Shown here: one piece after another, positions 1-13,199 of the stretch | Position numbering within the stretch: the first letter of the stretch is position 1 | How the letters are laid out: every line of letters begins with the position of its first letter | Assembly (NCBI GenBank): GCA_964016885.1 | Contig: OZ024740.1 | Span: 356,376,001-356,440,000 of the forward strand | DNA length: 64,000 bases | Source: Eledone cirrhosa | Lineage: Eukaryota | Direction of reading: 5' to 3' | The notes under the pieces: model-generated | What the model was told of the DNA's origin: nothing | What the model saw: the letters and a program-made list of their open reading frames with translations, nothing else | Database searches by the model: none | Made by a program: the position numbers and the translations under genes

Positions 1-155
1 ATAGAGAAATAAAGAAATAATGGTATGGATCAAAGTTAATAATTATAATATTATGTTATGTATATCAATGTTCCGGCATGTTATTGAACAAGTGATTTTC
101 ATTCAAGCGTTATTTCTTCTATTGATAGATTATAAGATATGCAATATTAAAGGCC

Positions 156-259
<104 letters not shown>

Positions 260-1344
260 TCTTTTAGAGAGGTTGAATGTGTCTACTAAGAGCTACTTAT
301 TTACTTATTCACTGTTACATATAAGCACTAGAAAATTGTTAATTGCCTTGTCCATGTTTTTCTGTAGTACTGATGATAGATTTTGAACAATATTTTCTTC
401 TCTTGGTAGTCTAACACCAAATCATTTCGGCCACTTTCCAGTTTTAATTATGTTCAGTGCATTAGCTATGTTGTTACAGACCGGTAGTAAATGTTTTCAC
501 AATTCGATAGAGTATTGATTGTAGATTTCAGCACGAAGCAAAATAATTAGCTCATTACATATATAACAATACATAATTAGTTCATAAACCGTTTGACATG
601 TTCCTATAATTGCTTCTTAATCTTCCGAGAAGGAAGGCTGTTCAATATAGATATATTTACAATACATATAAACAAGTGGAGGATATGTAAATACAGATTG
701 GTGCAAACTGTATATTTGAAGTACATTAGTGATATTGTTATTTTAGTTATTTAAGTTAATAGGATTTCGAACATAATTTCGGTAACTGTGATATCATTCA
801 ATTGCAAATGATATACTTCATTTATCTGTAAACAAAATGACTATTTGATGAATCTAGGTTACTTTGTTATTTCAAATTGCAATCCTTAAATGAGTAAACC
901 TTGGATGAGAATGAGCTTCGCCAGGCTTTGTTACTCCATAAAAGCAACCCAACATTTAGTTACGGATTTTTACCTTCTCGGTTCAAATTCCGTGAGCTGA
1001 ATTTTGCCATCTCTTCAGGAAAGATGAACTATTGTACCAAAAATGTACTGGGTTTGGTTTAATAAATAAAAATCCGTCACCACCAAATGCTGGTCTTGTG
1101 TCTAAACTAAAACTCATTATTATAACTTTAAAAAGTAATAACATGTTATGAGAAAGTATGAGCTTGGAAATATTTAGAACGAATATCGATGGATGCAGCC
1201 AGTTTTAGCCAACGACTGATTAGTAATTGCTTGATATATTCAAATGGGAGATATGGCTAGATGTGTAATTAGTAAAGTTAATGTTACGTCTGCTTTAAGA
1301 CATCTTCATTGATCGATATATTATTTTTATATTGGTGTCATAAA

Positions 1345-1565
1345 GGTGATGGATGGGCAGAGTCATTAGTGCGTCGAACAATATGCTTCGTGACATAGAA
1401 TTACATCATTTTAATTTCTGATTTCAAATCATGCCGCGGGTAGCTTTGCCTTTCATCCTAATGGAGTCGTTAAAATAAATTACCAGTGACACACTGGGGT
1501 CAATTTAATCGACTTTCATATTGCTCCAAAATTGTTGGCCTTGTACCTAAATCAGAAACCATTAT
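1345..1565 (+). mobile_element. tRNA-derived SINE, main family (Meta-domain-like core), older copy
   Basis: Head ggtgatggatgggcagagtcattag...ttcaaat, core ctttgcctttcatcc...gtcg.taaaataa.taccagt, tail ggccttgtacctaaatcagaaaccatta; shared with many copies in the window. Confidence 0.8.
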
Positions 1566-1665
1566 ATTCGTGTCAAATTTTCTCTTTTTCATGTCTTTTA
1601 TTTGTTACGAAAATTTCAGTAATCTAAATTGTCTGTAAACTTTCGATATTAGGAAATAGTAAAAA

Positions 1666-2002
1666 TGGGTAGGGTAAAGATTCCCTTCGGTCACAAATGA
1701 CCATTGGATTTTAAACTAGAAAGTTCCCCTCCGAGTCACAAGTCCGGGCAAGGTTTTTTGTGGAACATCAGCTGTCTCCCAGGCTTACCAGCCTACCCTC
1801 TCCACGCCACCGATGCTGTCCAAGGGAAAGGCAAAGACCAATAAAGCTTGTCACCAGTGATATCGCAATTCTTTTCTACAGCTGAGTGATCTGGACCAAT
1901 GTGAAATAAAGTGTTTTACACAACAACACAACGCAAAGCCGGTCCAATAATTTAACTCACAATTTCACAATTATAACCCGACGCTCTAACCACTTAACCA
2001 TG
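1666..2002 (-). mobile_element. tRNA-derived SINE, second family
   Basis: Minus strand begins catggttaagtggttagagcgtcggg (tRNA-like A box), followed by a degenerate gtgtt...acactttatttcac segment resembling the V-like family. Confidence 0.65.
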
Positions 2003-2069
2003 TATGTAAGGAATAAAAACAAATAAGAATAATGATAATAACCATTGCATCCTTGATGTATAAAGTATA

Positions 2070-2423
2070 ATGGCTTCTGATTTAGGCACAAGGCCAACCA
2101 TTTTGGGGGAGGAGCAAGTCGATTAAATCGACCCCAGTGTGTTACTAGTACTTTATCTTATCGACCCCATAACTTCGGTGGGATTCTAAATTAGAATGTA
2201 AAGGGCCTTAATTCTATGCCACAAAGCATAATGTCTCTCGCTCTAACGATACTGCCTATCCACCGCGGTAATAACAATAATAACAATAATAACAACAACA
2301 ATAATAATGGTTTCAGATTTAGGCACAAATTCAGCAATGGGAGGGGAAAGTCGATTGAATCGACCCCAATTCGTTACTGCTACTTTATTTTATCGACTCC
2401 GTAAGGACAAAAGGCAAAGCCAA

Positions 2424-2425
<2 letters not shown>
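2070..2425 (-). mobile_element. Two SINE main-family copies (one partial) separated by (AAT/AAC)n
   Basis: tttaggcacaaggcca...gtcgattaaatcgacccc...tactttat...tatcgacccc motif occurs twice. Confidence 0.75.
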
Positions 2426-2462
<37 letters not shown>

Positions 2463-2465
<3 letters not shown>

Positions 2466-2712
2466 CGAAGGCAAAGGAACCAAAGTACTCAATACTTAGG
2501 GTAGTAGAGTGGGTAATGGGTATATATATATATATATATATATATATAACGAAGGAAATGTGGCAAGGAACCAGGTGGACCATAACGCACCAAAGTACTC
2601 AATACTTAGGGTAGTAGAGTGGGTAATAGGAACGAATAGGACCCCGACGGCTGAGCTCAAACCGTTTCGACGGCTAATTCTGGACGCCAGAATTAACCGT
2701 CGAAACGGCTAA
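2463..2712. mobile_element. Short (TA)n-embedded element fragments with a direct repeat and a terminal hairpin
   Basis: accaaagtactcaatacttagggtagtagagtgggtaat occurs twice; hairpin ccgtttcgacggctaattctgg/ccagaattaaccgtcgaaacgg; same family at 49420-49470 and 58270-58320. Confidence 0.65.
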
Positions 2713-2713
2713 C

Positions 2714-2746
<33 letters not shown>

Positions 2747-4549
2747 TTGATTAAACCAGTATTACACTAGTAAGACCATTATGCAACAGAGTACTCGATA
2801 CTTGGAATAGATGAGTGTGACTGTATTAGATAGAGTCGGAGTGCAAAGGCTGAGCTTTTGCATTTTCAACAGCTAATTCCAGACTCCGTCTAGAATTACC
2901 ATCCTAGACTATTGTCCATAAACAAACTACTTATTTTTCGGCATGTGCTTTTAATTTTAAATATTCGCCTATATCTCCGATTTTTTAGCGGATATTTCCC
3001 CTCTAATGTTAGTGCTTTTTCATATCCGTTTGCATGCTAATCAATTATATGACACTATACATTAAGGAAACCAGAAATACACTCTCTTAGTCCATCATTG
3101 TCGCAGAGAAATTAATTTCATTTGCATGTTTTGACACACTTTACATTTTGTTTAATAGACTACAGTCCTTTCATAACGATGTGAATAGTTTCTGTTATTG
3201 ATAATACATTCGGCCTACAGTTGGCGTCTCTTTGGGGAGCTTTATTTTTAAATATTTCAGAATTCCATTTAATGTCATTAATTCCTAAGTCTTCAATTAT
3301 TGGAAATATGATCACGATGTTTTGATTTTTGTTTTCAGTAATCTTTCCTTTTAGAAGATATGGTATGTTTAATTGGTTTAAAATATTGGCTGATAACTCT
3401 AAATGGATATGTTTATTTGAAGAGTTTACCACTGCACTGTTCTTATACCTAGAAATGGAAATAGTTTATAGATGAATGTTTCTTGATTTTTTTTTATAAA
3501 GGCTTGAGGACTTTTCTATTCAAAGACTTTTGCAAACTAAGAAAGATTTCAATATATGTACACCCACACAAAGATTTTTATAACATCGCTCAGCATTTAA
3601 AGGTTTAAGTGAGAGGAAATATGCTGCGGTTTTTATATCCTTTCTAAGGTTTCAACCGTGGATTGAAACAGGATCGTAAACTTGTCGTACTAGGGACTTA
3701 ACTCACTTTTCCTCGGCGGTTACCAAATGATGCTGGAAACATATACTTGACTAAATGAAAGGCTAATTTTGCAAAGGTGAAGAAATGTTTAATTACACAT
3801 GTAAATTCCCCAGCAAAATACGCAAATGGCCTAAACGACGGAACTTCGAATAACTAACAGAATTATCGGCAGTTTGTTTCTTATTATTGCTACTGTGCTA
3901 CGTTCTTAAACTATTCTGTTGAAATAGTCAACGTAGGGTAGTGACATTTATCATTGAAAAAGTAAAGATGAAATAATATATTAGAATATATTACGTAACT
4001 AAGTCTTCTACCTTGTAATACGGATATCTTTAGTATAACGAAGGAAGACGAATGTATCAGCCAGCATTACCTTTATAGTTCAACAATTTATTAAAAGGAG
4101 ACAAGTCGATTGTACTTAACCCAACATATGGCTGGAACATTATTTCTATTAGCTCCTGAAGGATAGAAGATAAAATTGATCGCGGTATGAGGTGAGTTGA
4201 ATGTAAAGTGTCGAAACAAATAGTAATAATATTTTAACCGGGGCCCTACGGATTCTGCCAATTCACTACTTAAATCCAACTGATAATGAAATCACATTGC
4301 TGAATGCAATTTAACAAAGCCAATAAATTGAAAAGCGAAGTTGACTCTAAATAAAGTTGAAACAAAGCTCTCACGTTTCTCTCGACATATGATATTTCAA
4401 CCATTGAATATTATATATTTTTGTCAGATTATATTACTGTTGAAAATAAACGAACTTTATGCCTACTGGCAAAAGAACGTCGTTCTTGGCACGCCCAGCA
4501 TGCCTCTGTCGCTGCCATGGAATATAAATAATTACTGTATTTAGAACAA

Positions 4550-4700
4550 TGTTTCCATTGGTCTTTCCAATTGCTAATACTATCTCTCAGTCACAATTCC
4601 GGTAGAAGGAGCAACGTGAAATAAAGTGTCTTGCTCAAGGACATAACGCATCACGCGGCCCGGGAATCGAACTCATAACCTCACGATTGCGAATCCAATT
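4550..4700 (-). mobile_element. tRNA-derived SINE with V-domain-like core (partial)
   Basis: Reverse complement of 21230-21385: gagttcgattcccggg...tgtccttgagcaagacactttatttcacgttgctcc. Confidence 0.75.
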
Positions 4701-4810
4701 ATTACACCAGGAAAATAAAACGTCGGTGTGAAAGCCAAACTTTCTGGTTAAGCAGCTTTCTTGTTTAAACATTCATTCCTGATATACATAAACAAAACCT
4801 TATCTACCTT

Positions 4811-4968
<158 letters not shown>

Positions 4969-5019
4969 TGTCTACCACATCGCTATATGTATACCATCCC
5001 TCATCCACATCCTTGTTTC

Positions 5020-5500
5020 CCCGTGTTCCCTCTGTCATTTTTTAACCTACAATCCTTCGTAAAATTCGATCCTGTAAATATTCTGTCGCCCCCCCCCCCC
5101 CACCGCCACCACCAGATACATCTCCATACTTCAACAATCATTAACATCATTAACATCATCAATACATATCATCCCTCCCTCCCAGAACCACTGTGTTATA
5201 TCTGTCCTCTCTGTCAGGTTTTACCTTGTAAACCCCGTAACATCAGATTATGTAAATATATTGTTGAACATATCACCCCATCGACATCTCCACCTCCACT
5301 ACCACACACATCGCTATAAGTCCACAACTTCGTTTTCCCCGTGTTTCCTATGTCACTTTTTAACCTGCAACCCATCGTATAATTCAACCCTGTATATATT
5401 TTGTCGCACACAACACCTCCACCGCCACCACAAGGCACATCTCCATACTTCAACAATCATTAATATCATTAACATCACCAACACATTTCTTCCCTCCTTA
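5020..5500. repeat. Imperfect tandem duplication, period about 310 bp
   Basis: caccgccaccac...catctccatacttcaacaatcattaa.atcattaacatca occurs at about 5100 and 5420. Confidence 0.7.
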
Positions 5501-5572
5501 AACAACACAAGTCTGTGTGTCTGTGTATAAGTATATTTATATGTACTACGCCATCTCCACTGGCTCTCCCCC

Positions 5573-5622
<50 letters not shown>

Positions 5623-5975
5623 GTGTATGTATACAACGTTTTTGTCAGACTAAGTGTGTCTATGTATGTATCTCCTTATTGAATTTGACACTACCTACAC
5701 ATCCATCACACCACCATAAACACCATTACCACAAACAACAACACCACACACAAAAATCAGCCCCAAATATATTCCAATCTGTCTACCGACAATTCACTGC
5801 CCACCTCAGCCTTCGACCGTCACCACCATCTTATCATCACATCCACCCCCACACGCACTACAGGCATAAACATCCCTATAAACTATTCCACCAATCAAAA
5901 CAAACTTTATTGAGCAACATATGAACTTCTGACTTTATCATATTGCATGTATTCATTTTCTACTAGCATTTCAAG

Positions 5976-6061
5976 GGGTCCGTCGAGCTGCAGATTACAG
6001 AGTCGAGTAAGATCGATACAGATCGAACCTTGAGCTGATCAGTGGCGAAACGCGCGACACC
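5976..6061 (+). ncRNA. Hammerhead-like motif with non-canonical core
   Basis: ggt-CCGTCGA-gctgcagat...atcagtggc-GAAA-cgcgcg-ac-acc; stem II homologous to those at 50742-50833 and 62336-62431. Confidence 0.45.
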
Positions 6062-7818
6062 AAGCAATAAATGTAATGAAGGAGTAACCAATCGTCCATG
6101 TTATCTTTTCACTATAATACACTCTGTATAGCTCTACACCTCGACACAGAAGTGAACCTAAACATCGAGTGCTCATCCGGGTGAACCTACAGTAACTCCA
6201 AGTTACACTCCCTGGATATATATTTATATATAAAAATGAGAGGACTTGCTCTTCACTGATGACGGGAGTTGAAATATGCTCGACTGGAAATCGAATTTAG
6301 CAACGAATACTAGTTTGCTCTTCATGTGATATTCAACAATAGATAAAATGATTTTGAAATTATATGTAAATTTTAAATTCGATATCTGATTCATCTGATT
6401 AAGCTTTAATCAGATATAATGCTAGACAGTAAAACATTAGAATCCGAGGAAACTATTGATGTTCTACACTGGTAATATGTGATATAAAGATTTCAAACAA
6501 TGGTAGACAAGTGAAGGTAGCAAAGTATAAAACTTTCTTGAAAATATAGGTCAGTGATTAATGATAGTTTATGAATTCCCAACGCTTAACGTCGATCTTA
6601 ATAATTTGGCCAGAAAGCAACGCTCTCTTCAAATCATAATTAATGGTCGCAATTACCAAATGGCATTACGTAAATATCTGAAAATCTGTGAGTTTATATT
6701 GTGTTATTGCTCACAGCTGCTCGTTGGGTAAGAAACGAAATCCACCTACACAATTTACTTGTTACCAACAACGACAAGACTGGAGATGAAATAGACAGCG
6801 AGAGAAAGAAAAAGGGAGAGACGGAGAAAAGTAGAAATATACAGATAAATATATAAAGGGATACATTGATATCTATGAGAAACATGGAGAGAAAAAGAAT
6901 GAAAGACAGAAGAAGGAGGGGATTGCTGATTTTAGTTTAAATCTGAGAATATAACCAGCCGAATATACCTTATTTCGAGAAGTATTCAATGCTTTCCAAA
7001 CGATCCAATATGTTACAAATAATTGCAGGTACAGATGAAAGCAACAATAATCTCATAGACCATTTTATATCCCTTTAAACCTTCATTTTTTCACGATGTG
7101 AGTCTAAGATAAGTGAGCAAATAGAATCAGCCTATCTGAGATAAACCATGTGTATTCATGTAGAAACGTGACAAGTGTTAAAAAGTATCCTTTGAAAGTC
7201 AAACGTTACTTGTCAATTCTGACCAATGAGCATATAAATTACAAGGCGTTATCAATTAATTAATCAACGAGAAAAGAGTGTAAGGCAATTGAGCATACCA
7301 GAATCCATTCGTTTTAGGATATCTATTATTACTGTAATATGAATTGATCGGGAATAGCTTCAGAGGACCAGATCTCTAGACATTCATTCAATTTAACACT
7401 ATAATATTACGCTTGTTTACTGCCAGACAATATAGAACGTTATAGCTAACACATCTAAACGTCTAGACATTTTCATGATTTATGCATTAAAAACATATAT
7501 GAGGTTCATAGAACAATTGATTTTTAGAATTGTTTCTATAACATTGTTTTAGAAGGACGAAATAAAATGGTGTTTTTTCAAGAATAAAAATTTCTGAAAA
7601 TGCTAACAAGCTAACAAGCTATAGTTGAAGAAAGACATATAAGTGGAAATGTAAATAAAAATATGGGTGTTATTATTCTAGTGATAGGAAGTGATAATCA
7701 ATTACAAGTATAGCAAATGAAACCTTTCAAGGTTGAAAGTTAGTTTCAAGTGAAAGAACTATCAGACAAATTAGTGTGTACGAAAATGAGATGATTACAT
7801 GTACAAACGCACTCACAG

Positions 7819-7996
<178 letters not shown>

Positions 7997-8023
7997 GTAC
8001 ATGTGTATATATATATATATATA

Positions 8024-8545
8024 TATGAAAGACGTAAAATAAAGAGAATTATGAAAATCAACTTACTAAAATTTCACTCCAACTAATTAGTTTCTGTAAG
8101 GGAATAAATATGTTGGTAGATATACTAATTCTTTATAATTATCTCCAAATTATTTGTTGAGCAGAAATTTGCCGAGATTACTACTATGCTTCATGGTAGT
8201 GGTCAGGGTCCTGTCTTATTAGCACCCCACTCCTCACTGATTAACCTCAGCGTCACGTGATTGATTCTTTTGAATTTGCCACTGACCAAGTAGGCAGTGA
8301 ATTTTTTCAATGTCCTGGAATTTAGTCCCCGCTCGCTTTTTTCCATCCACTGAATTATTTTTATATGAGTTCCCTGTGTCCACGCATTGCCTGGGAACTT
8401 AGCTGAGAATAGACTCCCAGATGACGTACGGATTCTCTATGATTACGTTCCGTAACCATATATATTCCCTTACAGAAACTAATTAGTTGGAGTGAAATTT
8501 TAGTAAGTTGATTTTCATAATTCTCTTATTTTACGTCTTTCATAT
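8024..8545. mobile_element. Fold-back (TA)n-embedded element with about 90-bp inverted arms
   Basis: 8024-8112 is the reverse complement of 8457-8545; contains an HHR. Confidence 0.85.
8413..8493 (+). ncRNA. Type I hammerhead ribozyme motif (U4>A)
   Basis: actcc-CAGATGA-cgtacgga...tcccttaca-GAAA-ctaattag-TT-ggagt; stem I actcc/ggagt, palindromic stem III. Confidence 0.7.
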
Positions 8546-9475
8546 AATTGTTCTGCATCCCCTTGCATTGAACTACAAAGTTACTAAGACAAAACCTATA
8601 TATTTGCTAGCATAGGTATGCATCTGTATACATATGTTGGTAGATATACTAATTCTTTATATATATATATATATATGTACATGTGTATATGTATATATAT
8701 ATATATATATACATGTACACATATATATATATGTGTGTGTGTGGGTGTGTGTGTGAGAATCTGTGAGTGCGTTTTGTACATATATATATATATATAAACA
8801 AATAATCAAAGATATATAAATATAAATAAATATAGATAGACATACACATATAAAACTTATCAGTCACAATTTTAGCTGAGTGAGTTAAATGAGAGCGTTA
8901 TAAATTCAAAGGGAATCGTTAGTGTGATAAACAATTATCTTCTTACTATAAAAATCCCAACCGCGGTTTCGCCTTGTAAGATCAATTTAGGATCATCTAA
9001 TCAGATAGGATATCAAAAATTGAGAGAGCATCAGGTGATATTCTCGGAAACAAAAGATATCTTCAGGTGACCGCTACGTATGAATTTTTTTTGGAAGGGA
9101 AAAATGTCACCTTCTCTTTCCACCCAATTTGTCAGCAAGAAAGATGGAAGAAAATTTATCCAAATATTTGATTTTAATTTTAAACCCTTCGTTTTAAACT
9201 CCTATTAACTCTTTTTATTTTTTTACACTCAACATTGGATAAGATGGATTTTAATAACACATTGAAAACAGTAATTCTTCATATACTTTATATACATTAT
9301 AAATTAAAAAAAAAAAAGAATTGTCCTTCTCATTTTTTAAAATAATGTTTTCTTTTCAATAATGTCACTTTGACGAATGAAAAATGAAAAATACACCTTT
9401 AAATGTATTTTCCGTGCTATTTCTAACTTCACCTTTTCTCTATATCCACTGTTTTGTATAGAATCCTTACTTCCC

Positions 9476-9513
<38 letters not shown>

Positions 9514-9515
<2 letters not shown>

Positions 9516-11935
9516 CATCATCATCATTTTACGTCCACTTTTCCCTGCTTGCAAGGGTTGGACGGGTCCTATTCAGCACATCATCTCTCCACTTGTCACG
9601 GTACTACGTCATCTCCTCGGTGAATTTCAGCGATCTGAAGTCTGCTCTCACCACCTCCGCCCATGTTTTACGTGGTCTACCTCTACTGAGTCTTCCTTCT
9701 ACTGGGATTTCTTGATATTTCTTTACCCACCGGTCATCCTCCATGCGCATCATATGTCCATACCATGTCAGCCTTCTCTCCTGCACACCACAACCTCACC
9801 CCTCTTATACCCAGTTTCTTTCTCAACTCGTCTATGCTTGGTCGTTCACGCATATTGACATTGCACATCTAACGGAGCATACTTGATTCATTTCTCTCCA
9901 TCCGTCGCATATCTTCTGCAGTTGCTGCCCATGTCTCACTACCATGCAGCATCGCGCATCTCACACAGGCATCATATAAGCGTCATTTCGTAGGCAGGGA
10001 GAAACCCTTCTTTGTCAAGAAAGGAAGCAGCTCCCTAAACTTCTTCCCATGCTAATCTGATCACCTAGGTACCGGAAGCTATAAACCACTTCTATAGACC
10101 CCACCTGCATTGGAAAAATGTGTCTATCACTGCGATTACTATTGCCAACTTTCCCTGTACATCTACTGCATACGTAGTTTTCCCTACCTGTTAGTTTGCC
10201 TGCTATCCCACTACATCTCTTGTGTCCCCAAGATCTGTATTGCGTACATTTTATGGAATTTATGCCAGTTCCTTTTCTACATGGCCATTTCCCTGATGGA
10301 ATCGGGGTATTGTCCTCTCTTCTACTTATCAACACCTTTGTCTGAGCTATGTTCACTCGCAGTCCTCTTGATTCCAACTGCTGTTCCCATAGCCAGAATT
10401 TATTCTCTAGCTCCTCTACTGATTCTGCTATAAAATCCAGATCATCCGCATAGAGAAGTTCCCATGGGCATTCAGTCTTAAACTCCTCTGCTATGGCTTG
10501 GATGACTATAATGAACAAGAGCGGGCTGAGGACCGAACCCTGATGTACACCTACTTGTATCTGGAATTCCCCACTAAATTCCATACCTACTCGCACTTTA
10601 CTGACAGCACCCCTGTACATAGCTTGCACTACGCTCACAAGCCATTCCTCTACACCTAGTTTCCTTAGGGACCACCAGATGACAGATCGAGGTATGCTAT
10701 CAAAGGCCTTCTCTAGGTCAACAAAAGCTAAGTATAGTGGCTTATTCTTCGCTAAGAACTCTTGTAGTTGCCTCACTAAGAAGAATGCATCTGTTGTACA
10801 TCTCCGAGGCACAAAACCAAACTGCATCTCATCTAATTTGACCCTTTCTCTAATAGGTTGTGCTAATATTCTCTCTGCCACTTTCATAACCTGATCCATC
10901 AGCTTTATGCTCCTATAATTGCTCCTCTCCAGAGCATCCTCTTTACCTTTGTAGCAATTTATGAGAATACTGCTGCACCAGTCTTTGGGTATGACACCAC
11001 CATATATAACTTGATTGGTGATGCGTGCAACCAGTTTAATGCCAACTTCACCTGATGCCTTCAGTATCTCAGCAACTATCCCTGACGGTCCAGCAGCCTT
11101 ACCATTCTTCATTTCTTTAATTGCCTCTTGTACCCTATATTCGTCAATCTCATTAGCTGGTCCCTCTGTTGGATCTACTGGGGGTAATTTCTCTCTGTCC
11201 CATTCATTCTCCACATTCATCAGTCTCTTATAGTGACATTTCCAGGCCTCCTTTTTTTATCATTCGTGACACTAAGTACACCGGCATCATTCCGGACACA
11301 CTTATCTCCAACAACATCCTGATTTGCACTGACGCACTGCCTTTCAATGCGGAAAACCGCACGTCTCTGATCTTCCCGTGGCAGAACATTGGCAAACCTC
11401 CTACTCTCAGCTTCCCTGCGTGCTAAGTACGCTTGACGTCTAGATTCTCTCCTAGCGGCTGTGTATCCTTCTCTACTCCCACCATTTTTTCAAGCCTTCC
11501 ATGCCAGTCTTTTTTCTCTAATGGCCCTATCTACCGTGCTGTTCCATCCCAGGTCACTCTCTGTCTGGTTGAAGCTCTGTCCCAACCATAAGTTTCTTCA
11601 GTAGCCTGCAGTAAGTTGTCACGTAAGAAATTCCAGTTATCATCTATGCCATACAACTCTAAAGCGTCTTCCTTTTCGTTATACACGCCTTGAAGGACTT
11701 TGCTGAATTTATATTTTAATGAAAGGTCTTTTAGCTTCCAGACCTTTCTTTTCCACACAGTCTTGTATGTCTCATTTTTTCTCATGCTTACTGGGAATTC
11801 ACTAACGACTAACCTATGCTGTGGGGTACATTCTTCCCCAGGGTATGCCTTGGTATTTGATACCATCTGTCTGTCTCGCTGTCTAACTAGCAGGAAGTCA
11901 ATCTGGCTTATGTGCTCGCCTGATTTGTAGGTTAT
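9514..11935 (-). mobile_element. RTE-clade LINE, 5'-truncated, with stops and frameshifts
   Basis: ORF 10015-11220 has RT motifs (KAAGPSG, FVDLEKAFD, GVHQGSVLSP, YADD); C-terminal WYGH..R, RGRPRKTW; end of APE domain (QHRLVV); (GAT)n tail. Confidence 0.95.
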
Positions 11936-12091
11936 TAAGGGTGAAAGCAGCGATTCTTTGCTTAAACTTTAATCTGTTATTTTAATAAATATTTGCTCTA
12001 GGGTTCTTATATATTTTATATATATTTATCCTTATCGAGCCCTCTTTGGATTTTAGTTTTCAAATTTATTATTATTACTATATTATATATT

Positions 12092-12285
12092 AAGGGCGGT
12101 GGATTTTCAGTATCGGTAGAGGGTCGGACGCCATGCTTTCCAGCATAGTTACGTCCCTTTACGATCTGAGTTCAAATTCCGCCGAGGTTGACTTTGCCAT
12201 TCATCCTTACGGGGTCGATAAAATGAAGTACCAGTAATGTACTGGGATAATTGCTGGCCTTGTGCCAAAAGTAGAAACAATTACT
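12092..12285 (+). mobile_element. tRNA-derived SINE, main family, full-length
   Basis: ggcggtggatt..cagtatcggtagagggtcggacg...gagttcaaattccgccgaggttgactttgcc.ttcatccttacggggtcgataaa...agtagaaacaatta. Confidence 0.9.
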
Positions 12286-12907
12286 ATATTATATATTATA
12301 TATTATATATTATATATTATAAAGCGCCAAGGGTTAAGTTTTACTGATGGATTTGACCCAGAAAGACTACTGGTAGAATGTAATCTCTTAACTGCAATGT
12401 CTGTGACAGACTGTTTGTTGCTATACAACACACTCGAATGCGCCTTTGTCGGTTTCGACGATGAGTGTTCCAGTTGATCATTAAACGTATTGCATACGCG
12501 TGAACTAACGTGTAAAGTAGCTGAACATTTCACAGGCATGTGAACTTGTAAAGTAATTCTCGAGGGTGTTCAACATGACAATGTTTCGGACAAGAGTGGA
12601 ATTTTGTATTACTGGTATAGTACATCTAATTTTACTCATAATAAAACCGAGGCTATTCTTGATGATACTTCAAGCAGTGTGATCGAACCCAGGACCAAAC
12701 CCGTGTCAACACAAATCACACAAATTCATGATCATATCAGTAACATTTCAAACTTGCTAAATAAAACAAAGCTCAGAATTTTTAGTCAAATATTTGTTGT
12801 CGTAATTAGGTGTTAGCGACGGTGAAATGGCAAATTTGTTAGCACTCCGAACAGAATGCTTTGCCGAGGTTAGTGTTTCCTTTCATCATTTCAAGGTCAA
12901 TAAATAT

Positions 12908-13090
12908 AATTGTTTCTACGTTAGGCACAAGGCCAGCAATTACCCAGTACATTACTGGTACTTTATTTTATAGACCCCGTAAGGATGAAAGGCAAAGTTA
13001 ACCTTGGCGGGATTTGAACTCAGAATGGCAAGGGCCGTAACTCTATACGTCAAAGCATGGCGTCCGACCCTCTACCAATACTGCCAAAAA
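12908..13090 (-). mobile_element. tRNA-derived SINE, main family
   Basis: Reverse complement of the family consensus. Confidence 0.88.
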
Positions 13091-13199
13091 TATAATATTA
13101 ATATAATACTGGCGCCGGTTATTCCTCTTTTGCTCTCTCTCTTTATCTCTTTATTTAACTCTATCTGTATGTCCATCTCACTCTGGAAGTAATCAGTTG

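Noticed and set aside
2790-2925. Possible additional hammerhead (tagatga...tagactattgtc)
   Set aside because: Both core segments are too degenerate to support a call
10110-11930. Plus-strand ORFs overlapping the RTE element (and similar antisense ORFs over the other LINEs)
   Set aside because: Antisense shadows of retrotransposon coding sequence
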